Virus record (IMG/VR): IMGVR_UViG_3300028833_000099
Source of the DNA: a virus
Lineage: Duplodnaviria; Heunggongvirae; Uroviricota; Caudoviricetes
Strand: one strand, 5' to 3'
Length of the DNA: 45,614 nt
Shown piece after piece: positions 26,449 through 35,300 of this stretch. The notes below the pieces were generated by a model that worked only from the letters and a program-made list of their open reading frames with translations, was not told the origin of the DNA and ran no database searches. Positions within the stretch are counted from its first letter, which is position 1. Each line of letters opens with the position of its first letter. The translations under genes were made by a program, and so were the position numbers.

Positions 26449-26761
26449 ATATTATTTTTTTTAGATTAAATATAAGACCCAATTCTTTCAATCTGTATGA
26501 TATTTTGAAATAGTCTTCCAAAGACGGTTTTTTAATAGTGTCACCATAGCACCATTTATCTTTATCAGTTACCCCATATTTTGATAAAAAACAATAGTAT
26601 GAATCATGATATTCAATGTGGTTGTATTTTTCTATCAAACAAAGGGCATAAGTATCGTCATATGTTACTATTCGTGGAACTAAATTTTTGACACGTTTTA
26701 ATGACGGGTTTTTTTCTCCATCATAAAAACCTCTGATGTTATATATTCCAGTCATAATCAA
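26426..26761 (-). CDS. Hypothetical protein, KP...DY.....LK..G.IFN.K family
   Basis: C-terminal motif shared with 37719..38102. Confidence 0.75.
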   Translation of the reverse strand: MIMTGIYNIRGFYDGEKNPSLKRVKNLVPRIVTYDDTYALCLIEKYNHIEYHDSYYCFLSKYGVTDKDKWCYGDTIKKPSLEDYFKISYRLKELGLIFNLKKIIYDSNRNK

Positions 26762-26969
26762 GTAATAGTATTTCTTTCAATGCTTTTTTAATCTTATTCT
26801 TTGTGACTCCTTGTGGGAAATTATGATATAGGTATTTGATAACAATGAATTTATCTTTATCAAAATCATAATATCCTTTCAACAAATTATGTTTATCTAG
26901 AGTGAGTTTACAGAATATTTTATTTCCGTTTTCATTTGCTCCGATTGTGCTGAATTTATATTTTGGCAT
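26739..26969 (-). CDS. Hypothetical protein
   Basis: ORF track. Confidence 0.7.
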   Translation of the reverse strand: MPKYKFSTIGANENGNKIFCKLTLDKHNLLKGYYDFDKDKFIVIKYLYHNFPQGVTKNKIKKALKEILLLDYDWNI

Positions 26970-27309
26970 ATTTCTTGATATATGGTATTAGGGCATCTGA
27001 GTAGAATTTAAGCCAATCATGGAGTTGTTTGTTCCCACCCTCGCTAACGTTGGTTGGGTTCAGCATTTCTAATGTATTGTTAATGGCAAATAGATTCCTA
27101 CGAGTCTTCTCCAACAGATTCTTAAGGTCTATATCATCAATCTTATCCAAGTTAGGGCTAATATATGCATCAGTTAGGTTTAGCACGACTGAGCGTATGT
27201 TAGCCACTTCATGTGATACGTTGCCACTTGTGATTTTCGTTATGTTCTCAGCACTGTCATCTATGGCAGATTTGAGATTCTTCAATACTTCCGATATATT
27301 TCTATCCAT
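26956..27309 (-). CDS. Hypothetical helical protein
   Basis: ORF; promoter abuts start codon. Confidence 0.75.
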   Translation of the reverse strand: MDRNISEVLKNLKSAIDDSAENITKITSGNVSHEVANIRSVVLNLTDAYISPNLDKIDDIDLKNLLEKTRRNLFAINNTLEMLNPTNVSEGGNKQLHDWLKFYSDALIPYIKKYAKI

Positions 27310-27382
27310 AATGCAAATGTATAAAAAAAAATACCCAAAAGCAAAAACTCTTAGGTATTTTATAGTTATTTAACTTTTTTCT

Positions 27383-27835
27383 TCATTCCACTTTTGATTT
27401 TGCCGCTTCTAATAGTTCAGCAGAATGTTCTTTAGCCCACTGTGCGACATTTACTTCTTCTCCTCTTAAATATTGTTGCCAAGCGTCACTAAATGCGGTG
27501 AATAATGCAGATTCAAAATCTGTAAGTTCTATATATCCATTTTGTTTAATTTCATCCTCTTTTTCTTTGAGTTCTGGAAATATAAGTTCTATTAATTCAG
27601 CATCGGCAACTGAGTCAGTAATGCTTAAATATGTTTTTGCAAGTTCAATAGCCTTGTCATAGGCTTTTGCTTTTTTCTCAAGCGATGATTCTTTCACTTC
27701 AAGGGTGTCGATGAAAGATAAAAGGGTCTCATAATCTTGATGGAAGCGTTTTCCCATATAAGACCAATTATCATGTGATTTTTTTAATCTCTCTATCTCC
27801 GCTACTACAGCGTCTTTGTCTATGTATTGTGCCAT
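27383..27835 (-). CDS. Modular hypothetical protein (YIDKDAVVAEIERL / KAYDKAIE.AK / FPELKE.EDE)
   Basis: Modules shared with 32518..34473. Confidence 0.75.
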   Translation of the reverse strand: MAQYIDKDAVVAEIERLKKSHDNWSYMGKRFHQDYETLLSFIDTLEVKESSLEKKAKAYDKAIELAKTYLSITDSVADAELIELIFPELKEKEDEIKQNGYIELTDFESALFTAFSDAWQQYLRGEEVNVAQWAKEHSAELLEAAKSKVE

Positions 27836-27851
27836 AACTATTTTTTTTTAA

Positions 27852-28121
27852 CTATTGTTTAAATTCGTTTAATATGTCGCATGCTTCTTCTATTGCTTTT
27901 ACAGCCTCTCTGTTGTGGCAATATTTAAGTTTTAACATTTTTACTTTTGGCACAAGCCATCCGTATTCATATAACATATCTTTCTCCGCTTGGTGGTAGC
28001 CTTTAGTATAAGCTACTCTTTGGATTCTAGCCTCTGAATTTTCCAAACCATCAACAGTAGGAACACCAGTTGCCTTCCAATCTGGATATAACATTTTTGC
28101 TAAATCTTCTGCTTTACTCAT
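27852..28121 (-). CDS. Hypothetical protein (Y.KGYHQAEKD motif)
   Basis: ORF, AGGAG leader. Confidence 0.75.
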   Translation of the reverse strand: MSKAEDLAKMLYPDWKATGVPTVDGLENSEARIQRVAYTKGYHQAEKDMLYEYGWLVPKVKMLKLKYCHNREAVKAIEEACDILNEFKQ

Positions 28122-28141
28122 ATTATTCTCCTTTCTGCACT

Positions 28142-28336
28142 TTAATCATAAGATTCTGCTGTGTAAAACGCTTGTCCACATTCGGGGCAGCGTACATAAT
28201 ATTCCCTATCTCCATTATCCATTGTCTGATAAAAATCATTCTTTAAATCTACATAGACACTCTCACCACAAGCAGGACACCAACATTGCCATTCATCGTC
28301 CATAGCTCCTTTAAATAATCTTGCTACCATACTCAT
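28142..28336 (-). CDS. Zinc-ribbon protein
   Basis: CPAC...CPEC. Confidence 0.75.
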   Translation of the reverse strand: MSMVARLFKGAMDDEWQCWCPACGESVYVDLKNDFYQTMDNGDREYYVRCPECGQAFYTAESYD

Positions 28337-28408
28337 ATATTCTATCCTTTCTGTGCTTTATATTGAAAATAATATAGAAGATGGCACAAATTTATTATCA
28401 TACCCATT

Positions 28409-28579
28409 TTAATCATATTCATCACCTAGTCCCCAATCTGCATCTAATATACATCCTAGCCCGTAGTTATCCATCCATTTTTGGTTATGCCATCCTCCAC
28501 TATAGAACCATTCCTTTTCACCTGTTTCTGGGTTTGTTCTTTCCGAGCATAGTCCAAGTGTATCATATATTCCTGACAT
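28409..28579 (-). CDS. Small hypothetical protein, 56 aa (MSGIYDTLG...)
   Basis: Manual translation. Confidence 0.65.
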   Translation of the reverse strand: MSGIYDTLGLCSERTNPETGEKEWFYSGGWHNQKWMDNYGLGCILDADWGLGDEYD

Positions 28580-28584
28580 ATTAT

Positions 28585-28926
28585 TTAAAATATTTTTAAG
28601 TTATACATTTTATTTAATTTATCGGCCATTTGTTTAAATTGCGTGCCGTGTTGGGCATCATCTTTAATATGGTTATATTTCAAATATAAATGAATCATTT
28701 CGTGAATCATACAGGTTTTGAATAGTTCCTCATCCAATTCACAGTCTTTTAAATTCGCCTCAGAGAAATCTATTGCATATATTCCTGCTGATGGATAATG
28801 ACAAAATCTTGCATAGCAATTCTTCTCATTAGTGAATCCGAACATTGGTCTTGGAAGTGAATTACCAAAATACCTTATGTTGCATTCATCGAACATCAAT
28901 GACATTGTATACGGTATGATTTTCAT
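28585..28926 (-). CDS. SprT-like zinc metalloprotease domain protein
   Basis: HEMIH followed by HG..FK..A..LN. Confidence 0.8.
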   Translation of the reverse strand: MKIIPYTMSLMFDECNIRYFGNSLPRPMFGFTNEKNCYARFCHYPSAGIYAIDFSEANLKDCELDEELFKTCMIHEMIHLYLKYNHIKDDAQHGTQFKQMADKLNKMYNLKIF

Positions 28927-28970
28927 TTATCGCCTTTTATTAAGTTTTTTAAATTCAGTCAACTGATACA

Positions 28971-29234
28971 TTATTCTCCTTTCACATACTTTTTGAAATC
29001 CTCAATAAATCTTTTGTTATCAACATTCATAAATGTATCAACATTAGCGTGTTCCAAATCTATATAATCAGGAATGCATCCATCAAGAAATTCACAAGCC
29101 CTCTTAATAAAGACATCGGTGCGTACATACTCAACACTCTCATTGCTTGCTGGTCTATGTAACCAAGGACGCAAAAACTCTCTACCACCTATATCAGGGT
29201 GGATATAAATCTTCTCTGGTGCTTCCATAATCAA
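28971..29234 (-). CDS. Hypothetical protein (APEKIYI...EYVRTD family)
   Basis: ORF track. Confidence 0.75.
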   Translation of the reverse strand: MIMEAPEKIYIHPDIGGREFLRPWLHRPASNESVEYVRTDVFIKRACEFLDGCIPDYIDLEHANVDTFMNVDNKRFIEDFKKYVKGE

Positions 29235-29241
29235 ATCAATT

Positions 29242-29589
29242 TTATTTTTGTCGGTAAATTCTTCTGCATTTGCTACAGTATTTTACTCCTTTCTTAACTA
29301 ATACTTTATTGCAACCCTCACACAATACCAACCCATTGTCATAGACATGACCTTTTTTTGAACTAAGGATTACATAATACAAGATTCCATTGCGCCAGAA
29401 AGTATTTATCACTCTTGTGTGATGCCGCCTTATTATTGGACGAACTTTCTGTGGTTGTACATTTCTTGTATGAGTTCTCACATGATTATGGTAATGTTGT
29501 GGATGGTAATAATGATGAAAATGGTGGACATGAATAGCCATTCCATCAATACTGAAAAGTAAAAATAATCCTAAAATAAAATTTTTCAT
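29242..29589 (-). CDS. His-rich protein with signal-like N-terminus and C-terminal zinc ribbon
   Basis: HVHHFHHYYHPQHYHNH; CEGC...CSKC. Confidence 0.7.
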   Translation of the reverse strand: MKNFILGLFLLFSIDGMAIHVHHFHHYYHPQHYHNHVRTHTRNVQPQKVRPIIRRHHTRVINTFWRNGILYYVILSSKKGHVYDNGLVLCEGCNKVLVKKGVKYCSKCRRIYRQK

Positions 29590-29635
29590 ATTAAATTAAG
29601 TTTTTAAGTGAATATTCTAATGATGCTTCAACTTT

Positions 29636-29836
29636 CTAATCGTGAATTTTACAAGTAAGTACACATATTTTATTATCTTCAATAAAATCTATTCTAATTC
29701 TTTTATTACATATAAGACAGTTATAGCTCCTTAAATCTGGATGCCACTTGCTAAATGGACATTTTTCGAAAATATTCAAATCATTTTTTGAGTAAATTTT
29801 TCTAATGTTTTTATCTTTATATTCTTTAACTATCAT
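29636..29836 (-). CDS. Small Cys-containing hypothetical protein
   Basis: ORF track. Confidence 0.55.
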   Translation of the reverse strand: MIVKEYKDKNIRKIYSKNDLNIFEKCPFSKWHPDLRSYNCLICNKRIRIDFIEDNKICVLTCKIHD

Positions 29837-29839
29837 ATA

Positions 29840-29893
29840 TTAAATTTTCAACAGTTTTGCGGTTTCAAAACTAACGTATGTTTCTTCTATCAT
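29840..29893 (-). pseudogene. Truncated remnant MIEETYVSFETAKLLKI*
   Basis: Resembles the N-terminus of the common E.YVSFETAKLLKEKGF phage family. Confidence 0.5.
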
Positions 29894-29913
29894 AATCAAT
29901 CGATTTTATACAT

Positions 29914-29997
29914 TCATCTAAGCTGATACCACTTTATTAAGAAAATCACGAAAGTAACAAGTTCTAGTATTGTTGCTGTGAACCACATGTATGTCAT
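29914..29997 (-). CDS. Membrane micro-protein, 27 aa (MTYMWFTATIL...)
   Basis: Manual translation; ATGA overlap. Confidence 0.45.
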   Translation of the reverse strand: MTYMWFTATILELVTFVIFLIKWYQLR

Positions 29998-31064
29998 TTT
30001 GCGTAAGCGTTATCGGGTATATAGTCACTATCCCATTTAACATCTTTTTCGTTTCTGTATAGGCAGACGCATCTTAACCAATTCTCATTGATATTATATT
30101 TCTTTGAGAGTTTTTGTTTTACGCTATTTACTTCCTTCAAGAGTTCTTTATTTGCCTCAACGTATAGTTCGCACCATTTATTAAGACTATCGTCAATAAG
30201 GTGTTTTTCTTTAAAGTGGTTAATGACGTAGTTAAAGCCTTGCATTACCTCATCGTCAGTTGTATTATATCCTAATATTTTATCGAATGCTTCTTGTATC
30301 TTTTCAGCATCAGGCATTTTATTTTTCCCAAGTTTATCTGAGTACGATAAGAGCATTACAAAGTCTTTGAGGTTTGGTGTTGCTCCAGCTTTTACTGCTC
30401 TATAGTAGGCATACATTACTGGAGGGAAGTACATTGCATGGAATGTTTCGTGCCCTCTTTCCCATTTATCGTGTGGCTTGAGTTCATTCCATGTTCTTTC
30501 GAATTCTCCGTTTTCAGCGGCTGTAACGAACATGTCTATTAGTGATTTAACCTCTTCTGCGTGTTTGCACAGTGCTTGGTAGTAATCCCAAGGGGTTAAT
30601 CCTTTTTTAAGGCAATAGTATTTCTTGTTATCATCCCACTCATCTTTTTTTTCATCGAAGATTTCTGGAAGGTTTTGTTTCCAAAGTCTGAATTCGATAT
30701 TATTATATTCTATTCTATTGTCAAAGATTGTTGAAACCTTTTCAAATAGTTCAATATGGTTTTCTAATCCCAATGAGATTGAGCATCCTCCTTTTGCGGA
30801 TGTAACATAATATTCCACCTTGAAATACATTGGGTGTTTTTCATCAAGTGGATTTGGTAGATTAAAGTACATATAGACTTCTGCTGTGCTATGTCTTTTA
30901 ATTGTATAGCAGTTGTCACAGAATTTATCATTTTCAAGTCTAAAAGTTTTGCATAGTTCCTTAATATTTTCTGGAAAGTCATAATACTTATCAAGATTAA
31001 TTTCCTTGAATTTATTTTTGATTTCTTTTGTCGTTTGTTTTAAGAAAAAATCTGTAATTGTCAT
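29994..31064 (-). CDS. Hypothetical protein, 356 aa
   Basis: Long ORF. Confidence 0.85.
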   Translation of the reverse strand: MTITDFFLKQTTKEIKNKFKEINLDKYYDFPENIKELCKTFRLENDKFCDNCYTIKRHSTAEVYMYFNLPNPLDEKHPMYFKVEYYVTSAKGGCSISLGLENHIELFEKVSTIFDNRIEYNNIEFRLWKQNLPEIFDEKKDEWDDNKKYYCLKKGLTPWDYYQALCKHAEEVKSLIDMFVTAAENGEFERTWNELKPHDKWERGHETFHAMYFPPVMYAYYRAVKAGATPNLKDFVMLLSYSDKLGKNKMPDAEKIQEAFDKILGYNTTDDEVMQGFNYVINHFKEKHLIDDSLNKWCELYVEANKELLKEVNSVKQKLSKKYNINENWLRCVCLYRNEKDVKWDSDYIPDNAYAK

Positions 31065-31200
31065 AATGTTTTATTTAATATTATTGTTCAACCTCATTTT
31101 TTAAAACATAATTCCAATCTACGCAAAGTCAGCCATGATATTTTTTATATTTTATTCATGCTACTTTTGGTATTTAATATAATCTGAATCCTTACGGTAT

Positions 31201-31617
31201 TTAATGGTTATCATACATTCCTTCTGGTGCTTCAAGTGCAAGACCCAATTCTATCAGATATTCTCCTTCCATATTTGTTCTATGGTCAAAATGGTTTTCG
31301 TCAAGCCAATTGACAATAGTAAAAGGAGCGGCATGTGCTCTTAGCGAAGTGTATGTACGTTTCTCTTCCTCAGTCATACTTGACATTGGACGAAGGTATG
31401 GTTTACAGTGTTCTAAATCAACCCATTCATCATAGTAATCAGCTTGAATCTCTTTGGTATGAATGTTAATACATTTTATGTTATCATCATCTTTATCAGT
31501 TACAACTTCTTCATCCGTAGTTTCATTACTATAAGACCAAATGAATTGGCATATTACTCCATAAGGCAATCTTGCACAAAGCTCTTTAAGTAATAGTTCT
31601 TTCTCTTCTTGTGTCAT
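31201..31617 (-). CDS. Hypothetical protein, LCARLPYGV...PYLRPMSSMTEEE...ALEAPEGMY family
   Basis: Paralog of next gene. Confidence 0.85.
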   Translation of the reverse strand: MTQEEKELLLKELCARLPYGVICQFIWSYSNETTDEEVVTDKDDDNIKCINIHTKEIQADYYDEWVDLEHCKPYLRPMSSMTEEEKRTYTSLRAHAAPFTIVNWLDENHFDHRTNMEGEYLIELGLALEAPEGMYDNH

Positions 31618-31625
31618 AGTTTTAC

Positions 31626-32021
31626 TTATTTTATATTATACATTCCTTCAGGTGCTTCAAGTGCAAGACCCTTCTCAATTAGACCACGGTAATCAAAATG
31701 ATGAGCATTGAAAAAATCTACTAATAAAAATTCTGTATTCGGGTCACCTTTTCCTGTAAGAACACAGCCATTGCATTCTCCTTGTTTAATATTAATATAT
31801 TCTTCTTTTTCTTCCTCAGTCATACTTGACATTGGACGGAGGTATGGGAACATCCACCTTGAATGACATTTTAAATCTTCATTTTCCCAAGATTCGCAAA
31901 AACATTTATAATCTATTTGCTTAAGCGTCATAGCTAAATCTTCTCCAGCACACACTTTAACGCCATAAGGTAACCTTGCACAAAGGTCTCGGAGTAATAA
32001 TGATTTTTCTTCTTGCGTCAT
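31626..32021 (-). CDS. Hypothetical protein, same family
   Basis: Paralog of previous gene. Confidence 0.85.
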   Translation of the reverse strand: MTQEEKSLLLRDLCARLPYGVKVCAGEDLAMTLKQIDYKCFCESWENEDLKCHSRWMFPYLRPMSSMTEEEKEEYINIKQGECNGCVLTGKGDPNTEFLLVDFFNAHHFDYRGLIEKGLALEAPEGMYNIK

Positions 32022-32025
32022 AATT

Positions 32026-32514
32026 TTACTTGTTTACTTTAATATATCCTTGTTCTATTAGCCAGCAAACCATTTCAAAGGCTGCGTCAATAGGTGTGTC
32101 TGATTCTCCCTTTGGTCCAACTGCCCAATGTACTATGCGTGTATGTACCTTCCCTCTTTCAGTTTTTAGACCATGATAGGAAGCCAGCCATTTACTACGA
32201 AAGACTGAACCCTCTCTTTTTAATTGAAAATGATAATACTCATCTGGTTCACCTTCTTCTTTTATAGTGATGAAGAAGGGCATCAACTCCAAAATGGCTG
32301 CGAGAGACCAACAGGGGGTTATTGAAGTACTGAATGGAGCATTATGATATTTTTTAGCATCCTCTTTTCTCCACGCAAGTATTTTATTGTAAGACTCAGC
32401 ATGAAGAATATGCTCTTTTTCTGCTCCAACATAGCACATATCAGCCGTGCTTGGGTCAAGTCCAAGACTAAGCAGTTTCTTTGACTGTTCTATTGATGTA
32501 CATATCTTAATCAT
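32026..32514 (-). CDS. Hypothetical protein, T.IEQS.KL...ADM...PCWSL family
   Basis: Paralog of 35301..35690. Confidence 0.85.
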   Translation of the reverse strand: MIKICTSIEQSKKLLSLGLDPSTADMCYVGAEKEHILHAESYNKILAWRKEDAKKYHNAPFSTSITPCWSLAAILELMPFFITIKEEGEPDEYYHFQLKREGSVFRSKWLASYHGLKTERGKVHTRIVHWAVGPKGESDTPIDAAFEMVCWLIEQGYIKVNK

Positions 32515-32517
32515 AAT

Positions 32518-34473
32518 TCAAAGTTGTTTAAGTTGTTCATAGAGTTCTCTAAGTACATCATTATTAAAATATCCAGCTCTACCTTTTGAAACTGCTGCCC
32601 CAAGTTGTGTGAGTTGCGCTTCAGTTGGCTTCCAAGTGGTATGAGGTATGATGGAATTCTTTAGAATACAATCAATTGCAGCATGCCAGCCATCATCAAA
32701 TGTAGGCTCACCACTATGATATTCAATTTTATCAAGGGCATCATTATAAGCATCTTTCTTTGCTTGAGCAAGCTCTTCATCAGTAATATTGTTCTGAGGT
32801 CGGAGTGATTTAATAAATTGTACTTCTTTTTGTGCTTCATTGAATGATTCATCATCAAATGGAGATTTAATACGAGGATAATCATATAAATTCTGGCAAA
32901 TTTTATTTATCATTTTCTCATCCTCTTCACTCCACTCTTGCTTTGGTTGTGGTTGTACTCTGTCTTTTATGGATTTGAGCCAATCTTGTACTTTCTCACG
33001 AAACTCTTTTGATAATACATCTTTACCGCCAATATTTATTTTGGAGAAAAGGGTGTCCAAGTTTTTGACGTAATCATTAAGGGCTCTTGCAATTTCTTCA
33101 TCCTCTTCACCCCAAACAGACTTCTGTTCAACTTTAGTTTGTAAAGCTTTATTTAATTCCTCTTCAACAACATCTTCTATCGACTTTGGTCTTTCCACTA
33201 ATTCGTAATCTTGCTTTAGAGCAAATAAAGTAATTTCTCCACCACTGATACCTACTTCACGATTTTCTACAAAACTGAAAATAATACTATCCTCTTGTTT
33301 TTCGCACAAATGATATGTAGGAGAGGTGGTTCCCTTCTTTCTGAAAGTATCCCCTGTTTGTGGCTCCCATTCAACAGACTTCTGTGTATCTGCTCCAACA
33401 TCGTAAACTTGTTCTATTTTTTTCAACTCTTTCTTCTCGAAATCAAAGGTATATCCTGCTTCAGCCATTGCTTTCATTAGAGCATCACGCTGTTCTTTGG
33501 TGGCTGGATAAACTTTTGCTTCTTTACCAAAATACCAACCGCCATCCCTATTAAAATCAAATTGTGGTGTTGAACTACCAAAATCATAATGGCAATAGCT
33601 TACTCCTCCATCTTTAGGAAGAATCTTTTCAAAAATAAGGATGTGATTTAATGTAGCAAGCACATCCCCAGCCTTTGCATCTTTGATGCTCCAAAGTCTT
33701 GCATCATTTTCCAACGAATAATGTGTACAAGAATACTCTTTACCTTCATTTGTCTTATAGGTATAAGTATTATCTAATACTTTCACTATTTGAAATATAG
33801 TGCCATCTTCATTATCTATGCACCAATCGCCAACCTTAAATTTTGGCTCAACCTTCTTCAATTCTACTTCTTTGAAGAAATTATTATGTTCTTCTTTACT
33901 ATATTTAGGACAATAACATGTACATCCTTTATATATTAAAGAATAATCTTCAGGAGAATAGTATTTTACACCTTCTATCCATTCTAAGCCAGCATACTTG
34001 TGTGTTTTTGTACACAAATAATTTTTGCCTTTTTTAATCTTTATAGGCTCACCTTGCTTTTCAAGCCAAGCAATACATTCTTCTATTTCAAATGTTGCAG
34101 CGTGATGCTGTTTTTGAAGTTCAAGAAAATGAATACAATTTTTCCTTATCCTCTCATCCTCATCTTTTCTTGCACCTATCAGAATTTTTTCTTCATCAAT
34201 AGGAACTCGCTTTTCAAGCCAAGCAAGAGCTTTATCTGCCATCACATCATTAACAATATTATCAACAACATGTTTAGATACCAACTCTTTCTTTATCCAT
34301 TCCCTTATCTCCTCATCCTCGTCCTCTTCAAGAGCTGGGAACATATTTTTAAACTCATTTTTCAAAACAAGATTGCCAAGTGTTGCATTGCCAATAGTTT
34401 TTAATAAATTTTTTGCATGTGCAATAGCCTCGTCATATCTCTTGGCTTTTTGCTCTATTGATAATTCTTTCAT
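32518..34473 (-). CDS. Large mosaic repeat-module protein, 651 aa
   Basis: Repeated EDE..R/AWLEKQ, W.EEDE..WLKS, PKFKVGDW, LW.I.DAK.GDVL modules. Confidence 0.85.
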   Translation of the reverse strand: MKELSIEQKAKRYDEAIAHAKNLLKTIGNATLGNLVLKNEFKNMFPALEEDEDEEIREWIKKELVSKHVVDNIVNDVMADKALAWLEKRVPIDEEKILIGARKDEDERIRKNCIHFLELQKQHHAATFEIEECIAWLEKQGEPIKIKKGKNYLCTKTHKYAGLEWIEGVKYYSPEDYSLIYKGCTCYCPKYSKEEHNNFFKEVELKKVEPKFKVGDWCIDNEDGTIFQIVKVLDNTYTYKTNEGKEYSCTHYSLENDARLWSIKDAKAGDVLATLNHILIFEKILPKDGGVSYCHYDFGSSTPQFDFNRDGGWYFGKEAKVYPATKEQRDALMKAMAEAGYTFDFEKKELKKIEQVYDVGADTQKSVEWEPQTGDTFRKKGTTSPTYHLCEKQEDSIIFSFVENREVGISGGEITLFALKQDYELVERPKSIEDVVEEELNKALQTKVEQKSVWGEEDEEIARALNDYVKNLDTLFSKINIGGKDVLSKEFREKVQDWLKSIKDRVQPQPKQEWSEEDEKMINKICQNLYDYPRIKSPFDDESFNEAQKEVQFIKSLRPQNNITDEELAQAKKDAYNDALDKIEYHSGEPTFDDGWHAAIDCILKNSIIPHTTWKPTEAQLTQLGAAVSKGRAGYFNNDVLRELYEQLKQL

Positions 34474-34475
34474 AG

Positions 34476-34616
34476 TTATTTATTATTATTGTATTCACGA
34501 AGTAAATGACAAACTTCCCCACAAAATTCAGTAGCATCAAGTTCGTGGTCATCTATCATTTTTTGTATTTTTGTTAATACATTATTTGCCTTTTCATATT
34601 TCTTTTTATAGTCCAT
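34476..34616 (-). CDS. Small hypothetical protein, 46 aa (MDYKKKYEKA...)
   Basis: Manual translation. Confidence 0.6.
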   Translation of the reverse strand: MDYKKKYEKANNVLTKIQKMIDDHELDATEFCGEVCHLLREYNNNK

Positions 34617-34618
34617 AA

Positions 34619-35026
34619 TCACAACCGTGTAAGTTCTTTTATTTCTTTTTCAGCATCAGAAACTTTCTGTTTGTAATATGCAAGTTCCTTTTCTTTGTTC
34701 ATTATCTGCAATTCTTTAATTTTACCATTCCACTCCATCCAACTTGCTTTAACGGAATCTCTAAATGTATAAAGAACAGCATATCTCTGAATACTTTCAA
34801 TATCATTAGGGTGTTCATCGAATTTTATTATAAAAGAAGGTGAAGAACTAATATTTCTGACTTGTAGATGAACTCTATCTTCATAATCTTCTGGATATTC
34901 TTTAATGAAATCTTGTACTTCTTTGTTTGGAATCCAATAGAATAGCCAATGTTCTGTATTTACAACGTAATTGTAAATTTCTTTTTCTATTGAGGATATT
35001 TTATTAATTATTTCTTTTACTTCCAT
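34619..35026 (-). CDS. Hypothetical protein with coiled-coil C-terminus
   Basis: Start reassigned to MEVKEI. Confidence 0.75.
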   Translation of the reverse strand: MEVKEIINKISSIEKEIYNYVVNTEHWLFYWIPNKEVQDFIKEYPEDYEDRVHLQVRNISSSPSFIIKFDEHPNDIESIQRYAVLYTFRDSVKASWMEWNGKIKELQIMNKEKELAYYKQKVSDAEKEIKELTRL

Positions 35027-35154
35027 AGTATTAATGATTAAAACAACCACATTCTTTCATGTGCCAAAGTGTATCATTCTCTCATCGTCATGACCATCAA
35101 CACATACCCAAGATTCTTCTTTCATGATTTCTTATTTATTAGTTCTTTTAAATA

Positions 35155-35298
35155 TTACATTGTGTTCCAATCAGCCGCATCTGTAATTATAATAATCTTT
35201 TTAATTTTTCCGTTTTCTTTACTATAAGCATAAGGAAATTCTATTTCTGTATCATCATCCAAACTATTCCATAGTTCTACAAGTTGTTTCTTTGTCAT
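35155..35298 (-). CDS. Small hypothetical protein, 47 aa (MTKKQLVELW...)
   Basis: Manual translation. Confidence 0.6.
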   Translation of the reverse strand: MTKKQLVELWNSLDDDTEIEFPYAYSKENGKIKKIIIITDAADWNTM

Positions 35299-35300
35299 AT

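Noticed and set aside
31201-34473. Diversity-generating retroelement template/variable repeat pair
   Set aside because: Differences between repeats are not adenine-specific and no reverse transcriptase is present.
35057-35125. 22-aa ORF MKEESWVCVDGHDDERMIHFGT, and similar ORFs under 25 aa at 21877-21933 and 31093-31158
   Set aside because: Too short to support without homology or translation data.
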